Source: an uncultured Marinilabiliaceae bacterium (GTDB taxonomy: Bacteria > Bacteroidota > Bacteroidia > Bacteroidales > Marinilabiliaceae). From it: a stretch of DNA of 64,000 nucleotides. The DNA is taken from contig CALNXQ010000001.1 in NCBI GenBank assembly GCA_942490535.1, positions 124,396 to 188,395 on the forward strand. The letters run 5' to 3'. The notes beneath the pieces are model-generated. The model was not told where the DNA came from, searched no databases, and saw nothing but the letters and a program-made list of their open reading frames with translations. This document shows positions 26,287 through 35,216 of the stretch, piece by piece. Position 1 is the stretch's first letter, and every line of letters starts with the position of its first letter. Both the position numbers and the translations under genes were made by a program.

Positions 26287-27465
26287 ATGCAGTTGAAAAA
26301 AATCATCGGTTATATATTGCTGCTAGGGTTTCTGGTTCTTTCATGTTGGAGCCGCAGCTGGATCATCTTTGGCCTGTTAATAATAGGTTGTGTATACGTT
26401 TGGCATCCTTCAGCGAATAAAGTATTGTTAAATAAATGGCGACAGCTTCCGCTTAAACAACGAAAGAGGTGGGAGTGGTTACCCCTTGTAAGTGGGGGAG
26501 TCATTTTGATTTGGTTCGTAAATAGTTTTTTATTCAGTGTGTATACCATTCATTCATCCTCCATGGTGCCTGCCTTGTCATCCGGAACGGTTTTGGTTAT
26601 GAATAAATTCAAAACTGGTTCAGCGCGTTCCATTAATTCGCCGGATAATTATTATCGTTTGGGTGGATTACGGGGTTTTGAGAGGGGGGATGTGGTTATT
26701 TTTCATTTTCCTGAAGCCGATACAGTTTTTGAAGAGCATCCCTATGAGAACTACTATTTTAAGCAGAGGCAATACAGTGTAACCAAAACCTTTAATCCCA
26801 TGCTCCGCAACAAGGTGTTGTTTCAACCGGTTTCTGAACGACCCTTGTTTATAAAGCGAATTGTTGCATTACCTGGCGATACCGTGCAGATTGTGGACGG
26901 GAATATCCGTGTGAATAGAATTGTATCGGATGTTAATTCAGATGCTGTGGAGAAGTATGTATTGAATGAGGATGCCCCTACCAAGATCAAGGAAAAGGTC
27001 ATTGGTTTGGCACAGACCCATTACAAAGAAAAGGATCATCAGATAGTGGAAATACTCCAAAGAAAAGTTGAATCAAATGGGTTTGAAGCCTTCCTGGAAA
27101 GGGATGGAGATCCGCTTAATATGCCCGATGCCTACGTATTTCCATTTTCCTCCTATTATTTTTGGAATGCTTCTTATTGGGGGCCGATAGTGGTGCCCAT
27201 GAAAGGTTCCTCTGTAAATTTATCGTTGCGTGAGTTGCCAATTTATCGTCGAATTATTGAAACCTATGAAGGGAATCAGCTTGAAGTTGATGGGGCGGTC
27301 ATAAAAATTAATGGAAGTCCTGTTACTAATTATACTTTTAAAATGAATTACTACTGGGTAGCTGGTGATAATCGGCCGCATTCCTTTGATAGCCGGTACT
27401 GGGGTTTCGTACCCGAGAATCACATGGTCGGCACGGTAAGTGCCGTATCATTTCGAAATCAATAA
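26287..27465 (+). CDS. Signal peptidase I (S26A), short divergent third paralog
   Basis: Box B SSSMVPAL, box D FIKRIVALPGD and box E GDNRPHSFDSRYWG are present, and the N-terminus is a TM anchor. Confidence 0.75.
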   Translation: MQLKKIIGYILLLGFLVLSCWSRSWIIFGLLIIGCVYVWHPSANKVLLNKWRQLPLKQRKRWEWLPLVSGGVILIWFVNSFLFSVYTIHSSSMVPALSSGTVLVMNKFKTGSARSINSPDNYYRLGGLRGFERGDVVIFHFPEADTVFEEHPYENYYFKQRQYSVTKTFNPMLRNKVLFQPVSERPLFIKRIVALPGDTVQIVDGNIRVNRIVSDVNSDAVEKYVLNEDAPTKIKEKVIGLAQTHYKEKDHQIVEILQRKVESNGFEAFLERDGDPLNMPDAYVFPFSSYYFWNASYWGPIVVPMKGSSVNLSLRELPIYRRIIETYEGNQLEVDGAVIKINGSPVTNYTFKMNYYWVAGDNRPHSFDSRYWGFVPENHMVGTVSAVSFRNQ

Positions 27466-27541
27466 AAAGGTGTAAATATATCCTTGAGTTTTATTAATTT
27501 GCATAGATAACCTAATGGTGGTTATCTAAAAGAGTATTGGT

Positions 27542-27793
27542 ATGAAAAAGTCATTTTGGATATTTGTCGTATTATCGATTCTTATTGTTGTTTTTTCTGT
27601 AAAAAATGCCCAATTGGTGTGGGTTGATGTTTTATTTACCAGATTGGAGATATCTTTGGCCTTTCTTGTAATTCTGGTTTTTATTATCGGGTTGGTGATA
27701 GGAGCGCTTTTTGTGTTCTTTTCAAAACGGGTAAAAGCTACAAAACTTAAAAAAGCAGAGACGACTACATTAGATGAATCGACAGAACAATAG
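27542..27793 (+). CDS. LapA/DUF1049-like small two-TM membrane protein
   Basis: It is 83 aa with two hydrophobic helices and a charged C-terminal tail. Confidence 0.45.
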   Translation: MKKSFWIFVVLSILIVVFSVKNAQLVWVDVLFTRLEISLAFLVILVFIIGLVIGALFVFFSKRVKATKLKKAETTTLDESTEQ

Positions 27794-28412
27794 AATTTTT
27801 CCATCCGTTTATTTAGGATCTGTTCACTATTATGCCCACTTGATACAGTCAGAGGCGCCAATCATTGAACAGTTCGATTTTTATCAAAGAAAGACTGCCC
27901 GCAACAGGTGTTTCATTGCAGGTGCCAATGGTCCGATGGCCTTGTCCATTCCGGTGGTTCATACCAAACAATCGAAGTTACTGACCCGTGATGTTCGTAT
28001 TAGTTATGATGAACACTGGCAAAAGCAGCATGAACGGTCAATTATTTCGGCCTATAATTCATCGCCTTTTTTAGAATATTATTGGGATGAATTCGCGCTA
28101 TTCTATCAAAAAAGGTTTGATTTTCTTGTCGACTTTAATAGGGGATTGATGGAAGTTATTTTGGATCATTTAGAGGTAGAGTCACATTTAAAACGGAGCC
28201 AGGAATATGCGGATGTGCCGGAAGAGTTGGATTTTAGATCGTTGGTAAACATTAAATTTCCCCTGGACAAAGACAGTCATTATAAGGTGCAGCCTTACCG
28301 GCAAGTATTTGCTGAGAAATACCCATTTGAACCTAATTTAAGTATTCTCGACTTACTCTTTAATAAGGGCCCGGAAGCCATTGATGTGTTAGAGGCATCT
28401 ATTGTAAAATAA
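27774..28412 (+). CDS. WbqC-like family protein
   Basis: The N-terminal pattern (IFPSVYLGSVHYYAHLIQSE...ARNRCFIAGANGPMALSIPV) resembles the WbqC family. It overlaps the upstream small ORF by 20 nt. Confidence 0.55.
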   Translation: MNRQNNRIFPSVYLGSVHYYAHLIQSEAPIIEQFDFYQRKTARNRCFIAGANGPMALSIPVVHTKQSKLLTRDVRISYDEHWQKQHERSIISAYNSSPFLEYYWDEFALFYQKRFDFLVDFNRGLMEVILDHLEVESHLKRSQEYADVPEELDFRSLVNIKFPLDKDSHYKVQPYRQVFAEKYPFEPNLSILDLLFNKGPEAIDVLEASIVK

Positions 28413-28448
28413 TACTTTTCCAAAGTTCAGGACTTTGGAAAAAGTAAT

Positions 28449-28874
28449 TTATAGTTGCTGGATCGCTTCGGCAATGATTTTGGCATGATCGAAGGCCAGT
28501 CTTGGCAATTCATTGAGCGGAAACCACCTGGCGTCTGCCGCATCGTCCTGACCGGTGGCCGGCAATTCCATATTTACGCGGCCCATGTAAACCACAGAAA
28601 TGGTGCGGTGTCTTGGATCGCGGTCTACCGCTCCATAGGTTTTTAGCTGGCTGATTTCCACGTTGGTGATGCCGGTTTCTTCTTGCAGTTCGCGGAGTGC
28701 CGCCGTTTTTAAATCTTCACCCATGTCCACAAAACCACCGGGCAGAGCCCAGTGGTTTTTAAATGGTTCGTTGGCTCTTTGGATTAAGAGTATTTTAGGA
28801 TCGTACGCACTATCGGTTATTAATGCAACATCGGTTGTTACAGCGGGTCTGGGGTATTCGTAGCAATAGCTCAT
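28449..28874 (-). CDS. NUDIX hydrolase
   Basis: It carries a Nudix box, GGFVDMGEDLKTAALRELQEETGI. Confidence 0.8.
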   Translation of the reverse strand: MSYCYEYPRPAVTTDVALITDSAYDPKILLIQRANEPFKNHWALPGGFVDMGEDLKTAALRELQEETGITNVEISQLKTYGAVDRDPRHRTISVVYMGRVNMELPATGQDDAADARWFPLNELPRLAFDHAKIIAEAIQQL

Positions 28875-29674
28875 TCAATGACACGTTTAATAATGCGTAA
28901 TTTGTGGCTGTAGCTTTTCCGGTCGTTATCGAAAATACCCTGATGATCCAGTTTGTCAATGCGCACACGGCCTGAAGCGTGGATTATCTGACCTTTGCCC
29001 AAACATAACCCAACATGCGTAATGTGACCTTCAGCATTGTCGAAAAATGCCAGATCACCTGCTTGGGCTTCTTCTACAAAGCTCACGTTTTGACCCAAAT
29101 TAACTTGTTGTGAAGCATCCCTGGGGAGTTGATAGCCTGCGATTTTATAGACGATCTGAACAAAGCCCGAACAGTCAATGCCATAAAAATTGCGGCCACC
29201 CCAGAGGTAGGGAGTATTTATAAATGATTTTGAAATCTCGTTGATGCTGCCCGTGGGTTTGTCAATAGGATAGTTGCCGGATAAGTAATATTGGCGATAC
29301 CCCATTTGAAAGCAGTTGCGATCCTGGCAATTAAAGTAAATAGCACTGCCTCCCGGAACAAAGAGTGTTGAGTTATCAGCCTCGCAAATGACTTTTATAA
29401 ACGGGCCTGGTGCAATCCATTTATCCGCGTTTTCCCATTTTTCAACCAGTGTAGCGGGAAGATGGTCAATGAGTTTTGAGTCAATCCATCCCTTATAGTG
29501 GTCAAAATGGGATTGTATCCGGCTCCATTTCTCTTCCGCTTGAAGAATGGTAAATGCTTCTCCAAATAAGAGCTGAGTGACCATCTCGGCCTGTTCTTCC
29601 GGTTGTTTTCGAACCGGAATAAAGCCATATGTACAGATCGATGTTTTCATAGTATTAAATTCAATAGGGCGCAA
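28871..29674 (-). CDS. C40 (NlpC/P60) family peptidase with N-terminal SH3b-like domain (YkfC-like)
   Basis: The catalytic Cys is in GIDCSGFV and the His is in ITHVGLCLG. It overlaps the downstream NUDIX gene by 4 nt. Confidence 0.75.
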   Translation of the reverse strand: MRPIEFNTMKTSICTYGFIPVRKQPEEQAEMVTQLLFGEAFTILQAEEKWSRIQSHFDHYKGWIDSKLIDHLPATLVEKWENADKWIAPGPFIKVICEADNSTLFVPGGSAIYFNCQDRNCFQMGYRQYYLSGNYPIDKPTGSINEISKSFINTPYLWGGRNFYGIDCSGFVQIVYKIAGYQLPRDASQQVNLGQNVSFVEEAQAGDLAFFDNAEGHITHVGLCLGKGQIIHASGRVRIDKLDHQGIFDNDRKSYSHKLRIIKRVIE

Positions 29675-29787
29675 AGTAGGCGCTTTTTTAAATTAACTCA
29701 AATGTTGAAAAGTTAAATTATTCAAAAAATCTAAGCTTTTACCTATTTTTGATCATTATATTGCACCATTCATAAAACTGAATCTTC

Positions 29788-31950
29788 ATGATCGATCATA
29801 TTTCGCGTTTTTGGAATAGTTATTATAAGCCCGTTTCCCGTATTATCATGTTTGTTGTGGCGGTGGGCTTTATTACTTATTTGCTACCTAAAACCAGTAA
29901 GTTTGGGTACGAATACATTCGGGGGATGCCCTGGAAACATTCCGTATTGATTGCGCAGTTTGATTTTCCCATTTACAAGACCCAGGAAGAATTAAAATCG
30001 GAAACAGATAGCTTGCTTCAAAACTTCAGACCTTATTTTACTAAGGATACAGCGGTTTTTGAGAAAATGGCACAACGGTTTCATCAGGAGGTGGATCAAT
30101 TTATTGTGGCCAATACTACTCAGTTTTCGGCCCTGGCTCAATTTTACAAAAAGGATACCTCTTATTTCGATTATGTCAAGCATCGGATTGATGCGGGGCT
30201 TAAGCAAGTGTACGATGAAGGTATTATCGTTTTACCGGAAGCCTATGCGCCGGTTCCTACCTTTGAATTTATGTTGATTCAGGGGGCCTATGTAGAACCT
30301 TTTGAACTCTCTGAAGTGAATTTGCAGGCCGACGCTTATCAACAGCTTCGCATGCAGGGATTAGGTGTGTTTTTAGCCGATACAACTAAACTGGGTCAGC
30401 TGGTGCATCATTTTGTGTCGGAGTTGTCACTGAATAAATACATTGAAGCCAACATAATCTTTGATCAAAGTCGCACGGCAGAGGAGCAACAGAATTTACA
30501 AAACAACATTTCCTTAACAGCTGGTCGTGTGCTGGCCGGACAACGCATTATTGATCAAGGCGAAATTGTCAATGACCAAACGGCTAAGGTTCTGGATTCC
30601 TTAAAACGTGATTTTGAGTCCGGACTAACACAGGCTTCCAGTTTCTACCTTATTTTAGGCGGGCAATTCTTAATCATCAGTTTGCTCTTTGGGGTGATTT
30701 ACCTGTTTCTGTATTATTTCCGGCGTGATGTCTATGAGCAGGTGGGATCTATCGGATTTTTGATGCTCATTATGATTTTGCTGATTTCATTGGCCAATTT
30801 GGGTCGTCTGTTCCCGCAATTTCCATTTTACATCATCCCATTTGCCATTTTGCCCATTATCGTCCGTACTTTTTTCGACAGTCGACTGGCCTTTTTTATC
30901 TATGTAATCACCATTTTAATCAGTGCTTTTTTTGCCGATAGTAGTTTTCAGTTTGTTTTTCTTCAGATACCAACCGGATTAATTGCCATGTTTAGCTTGT
31001 TCCGCATGGTACGCAGAAGTCACATAGTACGAGCGGCGCTTTTTATTTTTCTGACTTATTCCTTGTTTTACACCGCCTTGTCGTTGTGGCAGGAAGGGGA
31101 TGTGACAAAAATTGATTGGCACATGTTTGGCCATTTTGCGGCAAACGGTATTATGGTGCTCATGGTGTATCCTTTAATTTGGATTTTTGAACGCTTGTTT
31201 GGCTTTCTCTCTGATGTTACTTTAGTGGAGCTGGCTGATACCAACCATCCCATTTTACGCAAGTTGGCTGAAGCAACACCCGGTACCTTTCAGCACAGTG
31301 TGCAAGTCGGTAATTTGGCTCAGGAAGTGGCCTATAAATTAGATGCCAATCCGGCTTTGGTTAGGGCTGGTGCCATGTACCACGACATTGGTAAGATGGC
31401 CTCTCCCATGTTCTTTACTGAAAACCAGGCATCCGGTTTGAATCCGCACAATGAACTGGATTTTGAGGAGAGTGCCCTGATTGTGATTAATCACATTGAA
31501 AATGGCGTTCGGCTGGCGACTAAGCATAAATTACCAAGGCAGATTATTGATTTTATTGTCACCCACCAGGGAACTACAAAAACACGCTATTTCTATAATT
31601 CGTTCATTAATAAATACCCGGACCGGGTACCCGATATTAGTATGTTCTCCTATCCGGGACCTACGCCTTTCACCAAAGAAACAGCCATTTTGATGATGGC
31701 CGACTCCATTGAGGCAGCCTCTCGTAGTTTGAAGAGTTATTCCGACGATGAGATCGATAAATTGGTGGAGAAAATTGTAGGGATGCAGATTGAGGAAGAT
31801 CAATTTATTGATGCCCCCATCACGTTTAAGGAAATATCCATTGCCAAAGAGGTATTTAAGAGTAAGCTGAAAAATATTTATCATGCTCGCATTGAGTATC
31901 CGTCGATCAATAAGAAGGGATTCAAAAAAGGAAAGCACAGCAATAAATAA
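29788..31950 (+). CDS. 7TM receptor with intracellular HD/HDIG metal-dependent phosphohydrolase domain (7TMR-HD)
   Basis: It has a large N-terminal extracytoplasmic region, about 7 TM helices (residues ~290-480), and a C-terminal HD domain (HSVQVGNLA...AMYHDIGK). Confidence 0.75.
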   Translation: MIDHISRFWNSYYKPVSRIIMFVVAVGFITYLLPKTSKFGYEYIRGMPWKHSVLIAQFDFPIYKTQEELKSETDSLLQNFRPYFTKDTAVFEKMAQRFHQEVDQFIVANTTQFSALAQFYKKDTSYFDYVKHRIDAGLKQVYDEGIIVLPEAYAPVPTFEFMLIQGAYVEPFELSEVNLQADAYQQLRMQGLGVFLADTTKLGQLVHHFVSELSLNKYIEANIIFDQSRTAEEQQNLQNNISLTAGRVLAGQRIIDQGEIVNDQTAKVLDSLKRDFESGLTQASSFYLILGGQFLIISLLFGVIYLFLYYFRRDVYEQVGSIGFLMLIMILLISLANLGRLFPQFPFYIIPFAILPIIVRTFFDSRLAFFIYVITILISAFFADSSFQFVFLQIPTGLIAMFSLFRMVRRSHIVRAALFIFLTYSLFYTALSLWQEGDVTKIDWHMFGHFAANGIMVLMVYPLIWIFERLFGFLSDVTLVELADTNHPILRKLAEATPGTFQHSVQVGNLAQEVAYKLDANPALVRAGAMYHDIGKMASPMFFTENQASGLNPHNELDFEESALIVINHIENGVRLATKHKLPRQIIDFIVTHQGTTKTRYFYNSFINKYPDRVPDISMFSYPGPTPFTKETAILMMADSIEAASRSLKSYSDDEIDKLVEKIVGMQIEEDQFIDAPITFKEISIAKEVFKSKLKNIYHARIEYPSINKKGFKKGKHSNK

Positions 31951-32137
31951 TAAAATGACCTTTCCGGAGAATTCATCTCCGGAAAGGCTATTTTTAGGTT
32001 GTTGTCTTATTGCAATGCTCAATTAAGCTAATGGTTCTTATGAAAGGCTTCTAATAATCTGGCGTAAAATCCTAAAGTGGAAAGTAAATTCCTTTGGGTG
32101 GCAAAGCCTAAAAAAATTACGAAGGGGAAGAGGGTGT

Positions 32138-32812
32138 TTACTCAAACGCTGCCCACAAACGCTCAAATTCTTTTTTGTATTGATCAATAGCTTTGGGATC
32201 GTTGGTTTCCAATATATTCTCCTGGTTGTATTCCGAAGCACTGCGGGTCCAGTTATAACTGCCGGTTAGCAAGAGGGTGTCATCAAACACCGCGAACTTA
32301 TGATGCATGTGGTGGGGCGAATCATCCATCTTGACTTTGGCACCCCGGTCTTTCAGAAATTCGATGTCGCTGCCCTTATCCATGGTTTTATCATCATCGG
32401 TAATGATGCGTACCGTCACACCTTTGTTGAGGGCATAAAGAATTTTATCACGAATACGATCATCGCTGATGGTGAATACGCAAATATCTATTTTGCGGGT
32501 GGCGCTGCCGATGTTAACATTAATGGTGTCCAAACAAGCCGTCCCCGGACTGAAAAAGGATTTTGAGTAAATGCCGGTGTCGGTTTTGGGGAGAATAAGT
32601 TTATTGGCTTCTTCGAGCCAGTCCACGATTTGTTCATTTTTAAAGTCACTGACTCGTTCCCTGGCCAGTTTGAAAATTTTACTTCGTAACCAGGTGAGTT
32701 CATCTTTAGACAGGTGTTTTTCCTGAAGAACTGCTTTTAGCGCTTTCTTTTCACCGCGCGTCAGAATGGCATCTTCCAATGAGGTTTTCAGATGCTCAAG
32801 AGTTTCTTTCAT
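32138..32812 (-). CDS. Phospholipase D-like (single HKD motif) family protein, putative Nuc-like nuclease, cytoplasmic
   Basis: The HKD motif is HHKFAVFDDTLLLTGSYNWT. There is no signal peptide. The N-terminal ~80 aa are helical and of unknown function. Confidence 0.6.
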   Translation of the reverse strand: MKETLEHLKTSLEDAILTRGEKKALKAVLQEKHLSKDELTWLRSKIFKLARERVSDFKNEQIVDWLEEANKLILPKTDTGIYSKSFFSPGTACLDTINVNIGSATRKIDICVFTISDDRIRDKILYALNKGVTVRIITDDDKTMDKGSDIEFLKDRGAKVKMDDSPHHMHHKFAVFDDTLLLTGSYNWTRSASEYNQENILETNDPKAIDQYKKEFERLWAAFE

Positions 32813-32826
32813 AAGTGGGATTTAGA

Positions 32827-33564
32827 TTATAATTTCTTAAATAGTTCTTTTAATTGGAGCTCCATCTCATCCATACGCGCTTCACTGGATTTATGTCCGG
32901 CCTGGCGGGTTAAAATCAGGTGGATGGGATACAGGTAGTCAGCCTCCTTTGGGTTGATGTAATAGGGTGATCGGGTGTTGGAGGCTAAAAGGAGTTGATT
33001 GTTTGCTAAAAATATTAGTTCGCTAATAAAAATGGCATTGTTCTGTTTGAGTAACCAAAGGCCGGTGGGACTCTCAGTGCTTTTGTCATCGGTGCGCACA
33101 ACTACGGTATCTCCATTGTTAAGGTGAGCGGCTTTCAGGACGATGTGTTGTTCGTTGATGTGAACTGCCAGGTAGTTGCCGGGTGTAGTCATGGGTAAAC
33201 TGATGGACTGATTGCAAGTGCTGAGTGCTGTTTCCAGATCTTGATTTAAAAGATCCCTGGTCAGGCACAGTGGCATCTCATGTATAGAGAATAAGGGTGG
33301 CGAAGGGGAGGGTTTAAAGATGGGTTCGGTGTTCAGGTTAAAGTGATAAAGATCGTTTACAGTGAGTTCCTTATTAATTAATTGATCAATGGTGATGCTA
33401 AAATGATTAGCTATTTGGATTATTATTTCCAGTTTGGGTTCGGCCCGTCCTTCTTCGTACGATCCTATGCTAGCTCTTGATAATCCGAATATTTCAGCAA
33501 ATACAGCTTGACTGATTTTTTTAATTGAACGGATTTTGCGAATATTTTTTCCAAAAAAACTCAT
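32827..33564 (-). CDS. XRE-family HTH transcriptional regulator with C-terminal S24/LexA-like domain (catalytic dyad not evident)
   Basis: The N-terminal HTH_XRE is IRKIRSIKKISQAVFAEIFGLSRASIGSYEEGRAEP. The C-terminal half is a beta-rich LexA-like region without a recognisable GDSM/Lys dyad. Confidence 0.6.
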   Translation of the reverse strand: MSFFGKNIRKIRSIKKISQAVFAEIFGLSRASIGSYEEGRAEPKLEIIIQIANHFSITIDQLINKELTVNDLYHFNLNTEPIFKPSPSPPLFSIHEMPLCLTRDLLNQDLETALSTCNQSISLPMTTPGNYLAVHINEQHIVLKAAHLNNGDTVVVRTDDKSTESPTGLWLLKQNNAIFISELIFLANNQLLLASNTRSPYYINPKEADYLYPIHLILTRQAGHKSSEARMDEMELQLKELFKKL

Positions 33565-33626
33565 AAATAAATGCTAAAATAATTTGCACAAATAAAATTA
33601 CTTCCTATATTTGCTACTGTGGTTGT

Positions 33627-33635
33627 CAAAAATAG
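33627..33635 (-). promoter_or_regulatory. Candidate -7 box (TATTTTTG on minus strand) for the XRE-PLD operon
   Basis: The plus-strand CAAAAATAG is about 65 nt upstream of the XRE start. Confidence 0.3.
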
Positions 33636-33765
33636 TGATTTGAAACCAAAAATGCTAATTTATTTGTCAATTGGCGAAGGGTGCTGCTAACGAATGGTAC
33701 TTAATAGTATGAATTATTTTTTATCTAAATTCAGAGCCTTATATAATTAATTAAACACACAGCAA

Positions 33766-34161
33766 ATGGACAAACATTTTAAAAAAGTAAAAAACTACCT
33801 GTTGGAACTCAATTGTGAAATTGTTTCAGAGAATGAAGAAGATGGGGTGTTTGTAGTGAACAAAGAGGAGGAAGGCATTAAAAATCTGGTTCTGGGTTGT
33901 GCCGATCCGTTGTTGCTTATGGAGCAATTCATTTTTGAAATGAATCATGACTCTTTAGAGGTGTTTAAACTGCTACTGATGAAAAACAGGGACATTGTGC
34001 ATGGCGCCTTTGTACTGGATGAAACCGGCCGAAAGGTGATCTTCCGGGATACGTTGCAAATCGAAAACCTCGATTTAAATGAGGTGGAGGGATCTATTAA
34101 CTCATTGAGCTTGTTGCTCAGTGAATATGGGGATGAAATCATTAGGTTGTCAAATCAATAA
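33766..34161 (+). CDS. Small acidic cytoplasmic protein, possibly YbjN-like (T3SS-chaperone-like fold)
   Basis: It is 131 aa with no TM segments. Alternating hydrophobic patterns give a YbjN-like impression. It is the first gene of the pspA cluster and ends 12 nt before pspA. Confidence 0.35.
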   Translation: MDKHFKKVKNYLLELNCEIVSENEEDGVFVVNKEEEGIKNLVLGCADPLLLMEQFIFEMNHDSLEVFKLLLMKNRDIVHGAFVLDETGRKVIFRDTLQIENLDLNEVEGSINSLSLLLSEYGDEIIRLSNQ

Positions 34162-34172
34162 TAATTTGTAAC

Positions 34173-34880
34173 ATGAATATATTTAGTCGACTTTTTCGAA
34201 TTGGACAAGCAGAAGCACATTCTGCAGTGGATAAACTGGAAGATCCCATCAAAATGACCGAACAAGGGATCCGGGATCTCAAACAGCATCTGGATGAAAG
34301 TCTGAAAGCGTTTGCTGAAGTAAAGGCACTGGCCATTCGGTCACGCAACGATATGGAGTCTAGCCGCAAGCGTGCCAAAGATTATGAGGCCAAAGCAATT
34401 CTTCTATTGAAGAAAGCTGAGCAGGGGGCTATTGCTGCTGATGAAGCCGACCGACTGGCGACTGAAGCCCTGGCTAAAAAAGAAGAGGATGTGCAATTTG
34501 CCGCACAGAAGCAGGCTGAAGTGCAAAAATTTGATGTGAATATTGCGCAGTTAGATGCCAATATTAAAAAGTTAAGGTCAAAGATCAGTACCTATGAAAA
34601 TGAATTGCGCACTCTTCAGGCCCGCGTGAAAGTGAGTCAGGCCACTAAAAATATCAATAAACAAATGGCGCAGGTCGATCCTTCCAGTACCATTAGTATG
34701 TTGGAAAAAATGAAGGAGAAGGTGAATCAGGAAGAAGCGCTGGCCGAAGCATATGGTGATATTGCCAATGAATCCAAGAGTTTGGATGATGAAATCGCAG
34801 CGGCGATAGGAGATACCAATAAAGTGGCAGCCAGTGATGCGCTGGCTCAATTAAAAGAGAAATTAAGTAAAAAAGAATAG
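34173..34880 (+). CDS. pspA: PspA/IM30 (Vipp1, ESCRT-III-like) family protein
   Basis: The N-terminus MNIFSRLFRIGQAEAHSAVDKLEDPIKMTEQGIRDL... is a canonical PspA/IM30 start, followed by coiled-coil regions. Confidence 0.85.
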   Translation: MNIFSRLFRIGQAEAHSAVDKLEDPIKMTEQGIRDLKQHLDESLKAFAEVKALAIRSRNDMESSRKRAKDYEAKAILLLKKAEQGAIAADEADRLATEALAKKEEDVQFAAQKQAEVQKFDVNIAQLDANIKKLRSKISTYENELRTLQARVKVSQATKNINKQMAQVDPSSTISMLEKMKEKVNQEEALAEAYGDIANESKSLDDEIAAAIGDTNKVAASDALAQLKEKLSKKE

Positions 34881-34887
34881 TCTGCTG

Positions 34888-34922
34888 AAAGGTACATCCG
34901 AAAGGGTGTATCTTTCTTTTTT
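34888..34922 (+). terminator. Putative intrinsic terminator/attenuator after pspA
   Basis: An imperfect stem AAAGGTACATCC-GAAA-GGGTGTATCTTT (10 of 12 bp) is followed by CTTTTTTG. Confidence 0.45.
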
Positions 34923-35216
34923 GTCTACAAGGCAGGTAATAAATAGTTATATGAAAAGATGTGAGATAAAAAGCGGATTCCCTAACTGTATTTAACCCAA
35001 TATTTGTATTTTTGTCTCGCATCTCCGATCTGGGAGGTGTCCTCAATAAGCGTTCTTTGTTATCTCGTCCAGGTTATGTCACCCTTGATTACTGAATTTT
35101 TCAGTGGTTTTAATATTTCTTACGTCATTTGTAATGAGCCTGGCGCGTTCTAGCGTTGTACATTATTGGGCGACATCACCGGATCTGTTTTGAAACCAAA
35201 CGTTAACTCTACTCTT

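Noticed and set aside
35166-35216. Track start of the YqiJ-like ORF at 35166
   Set aside because: The upstream 17 codons (MGDITGSVLKPNVNSTL) are hydrophilic and precede a classic MMELFQAAF membrane-protein start. Either could be used, but 35217 fits the family better. This is retained only as uncertainty.
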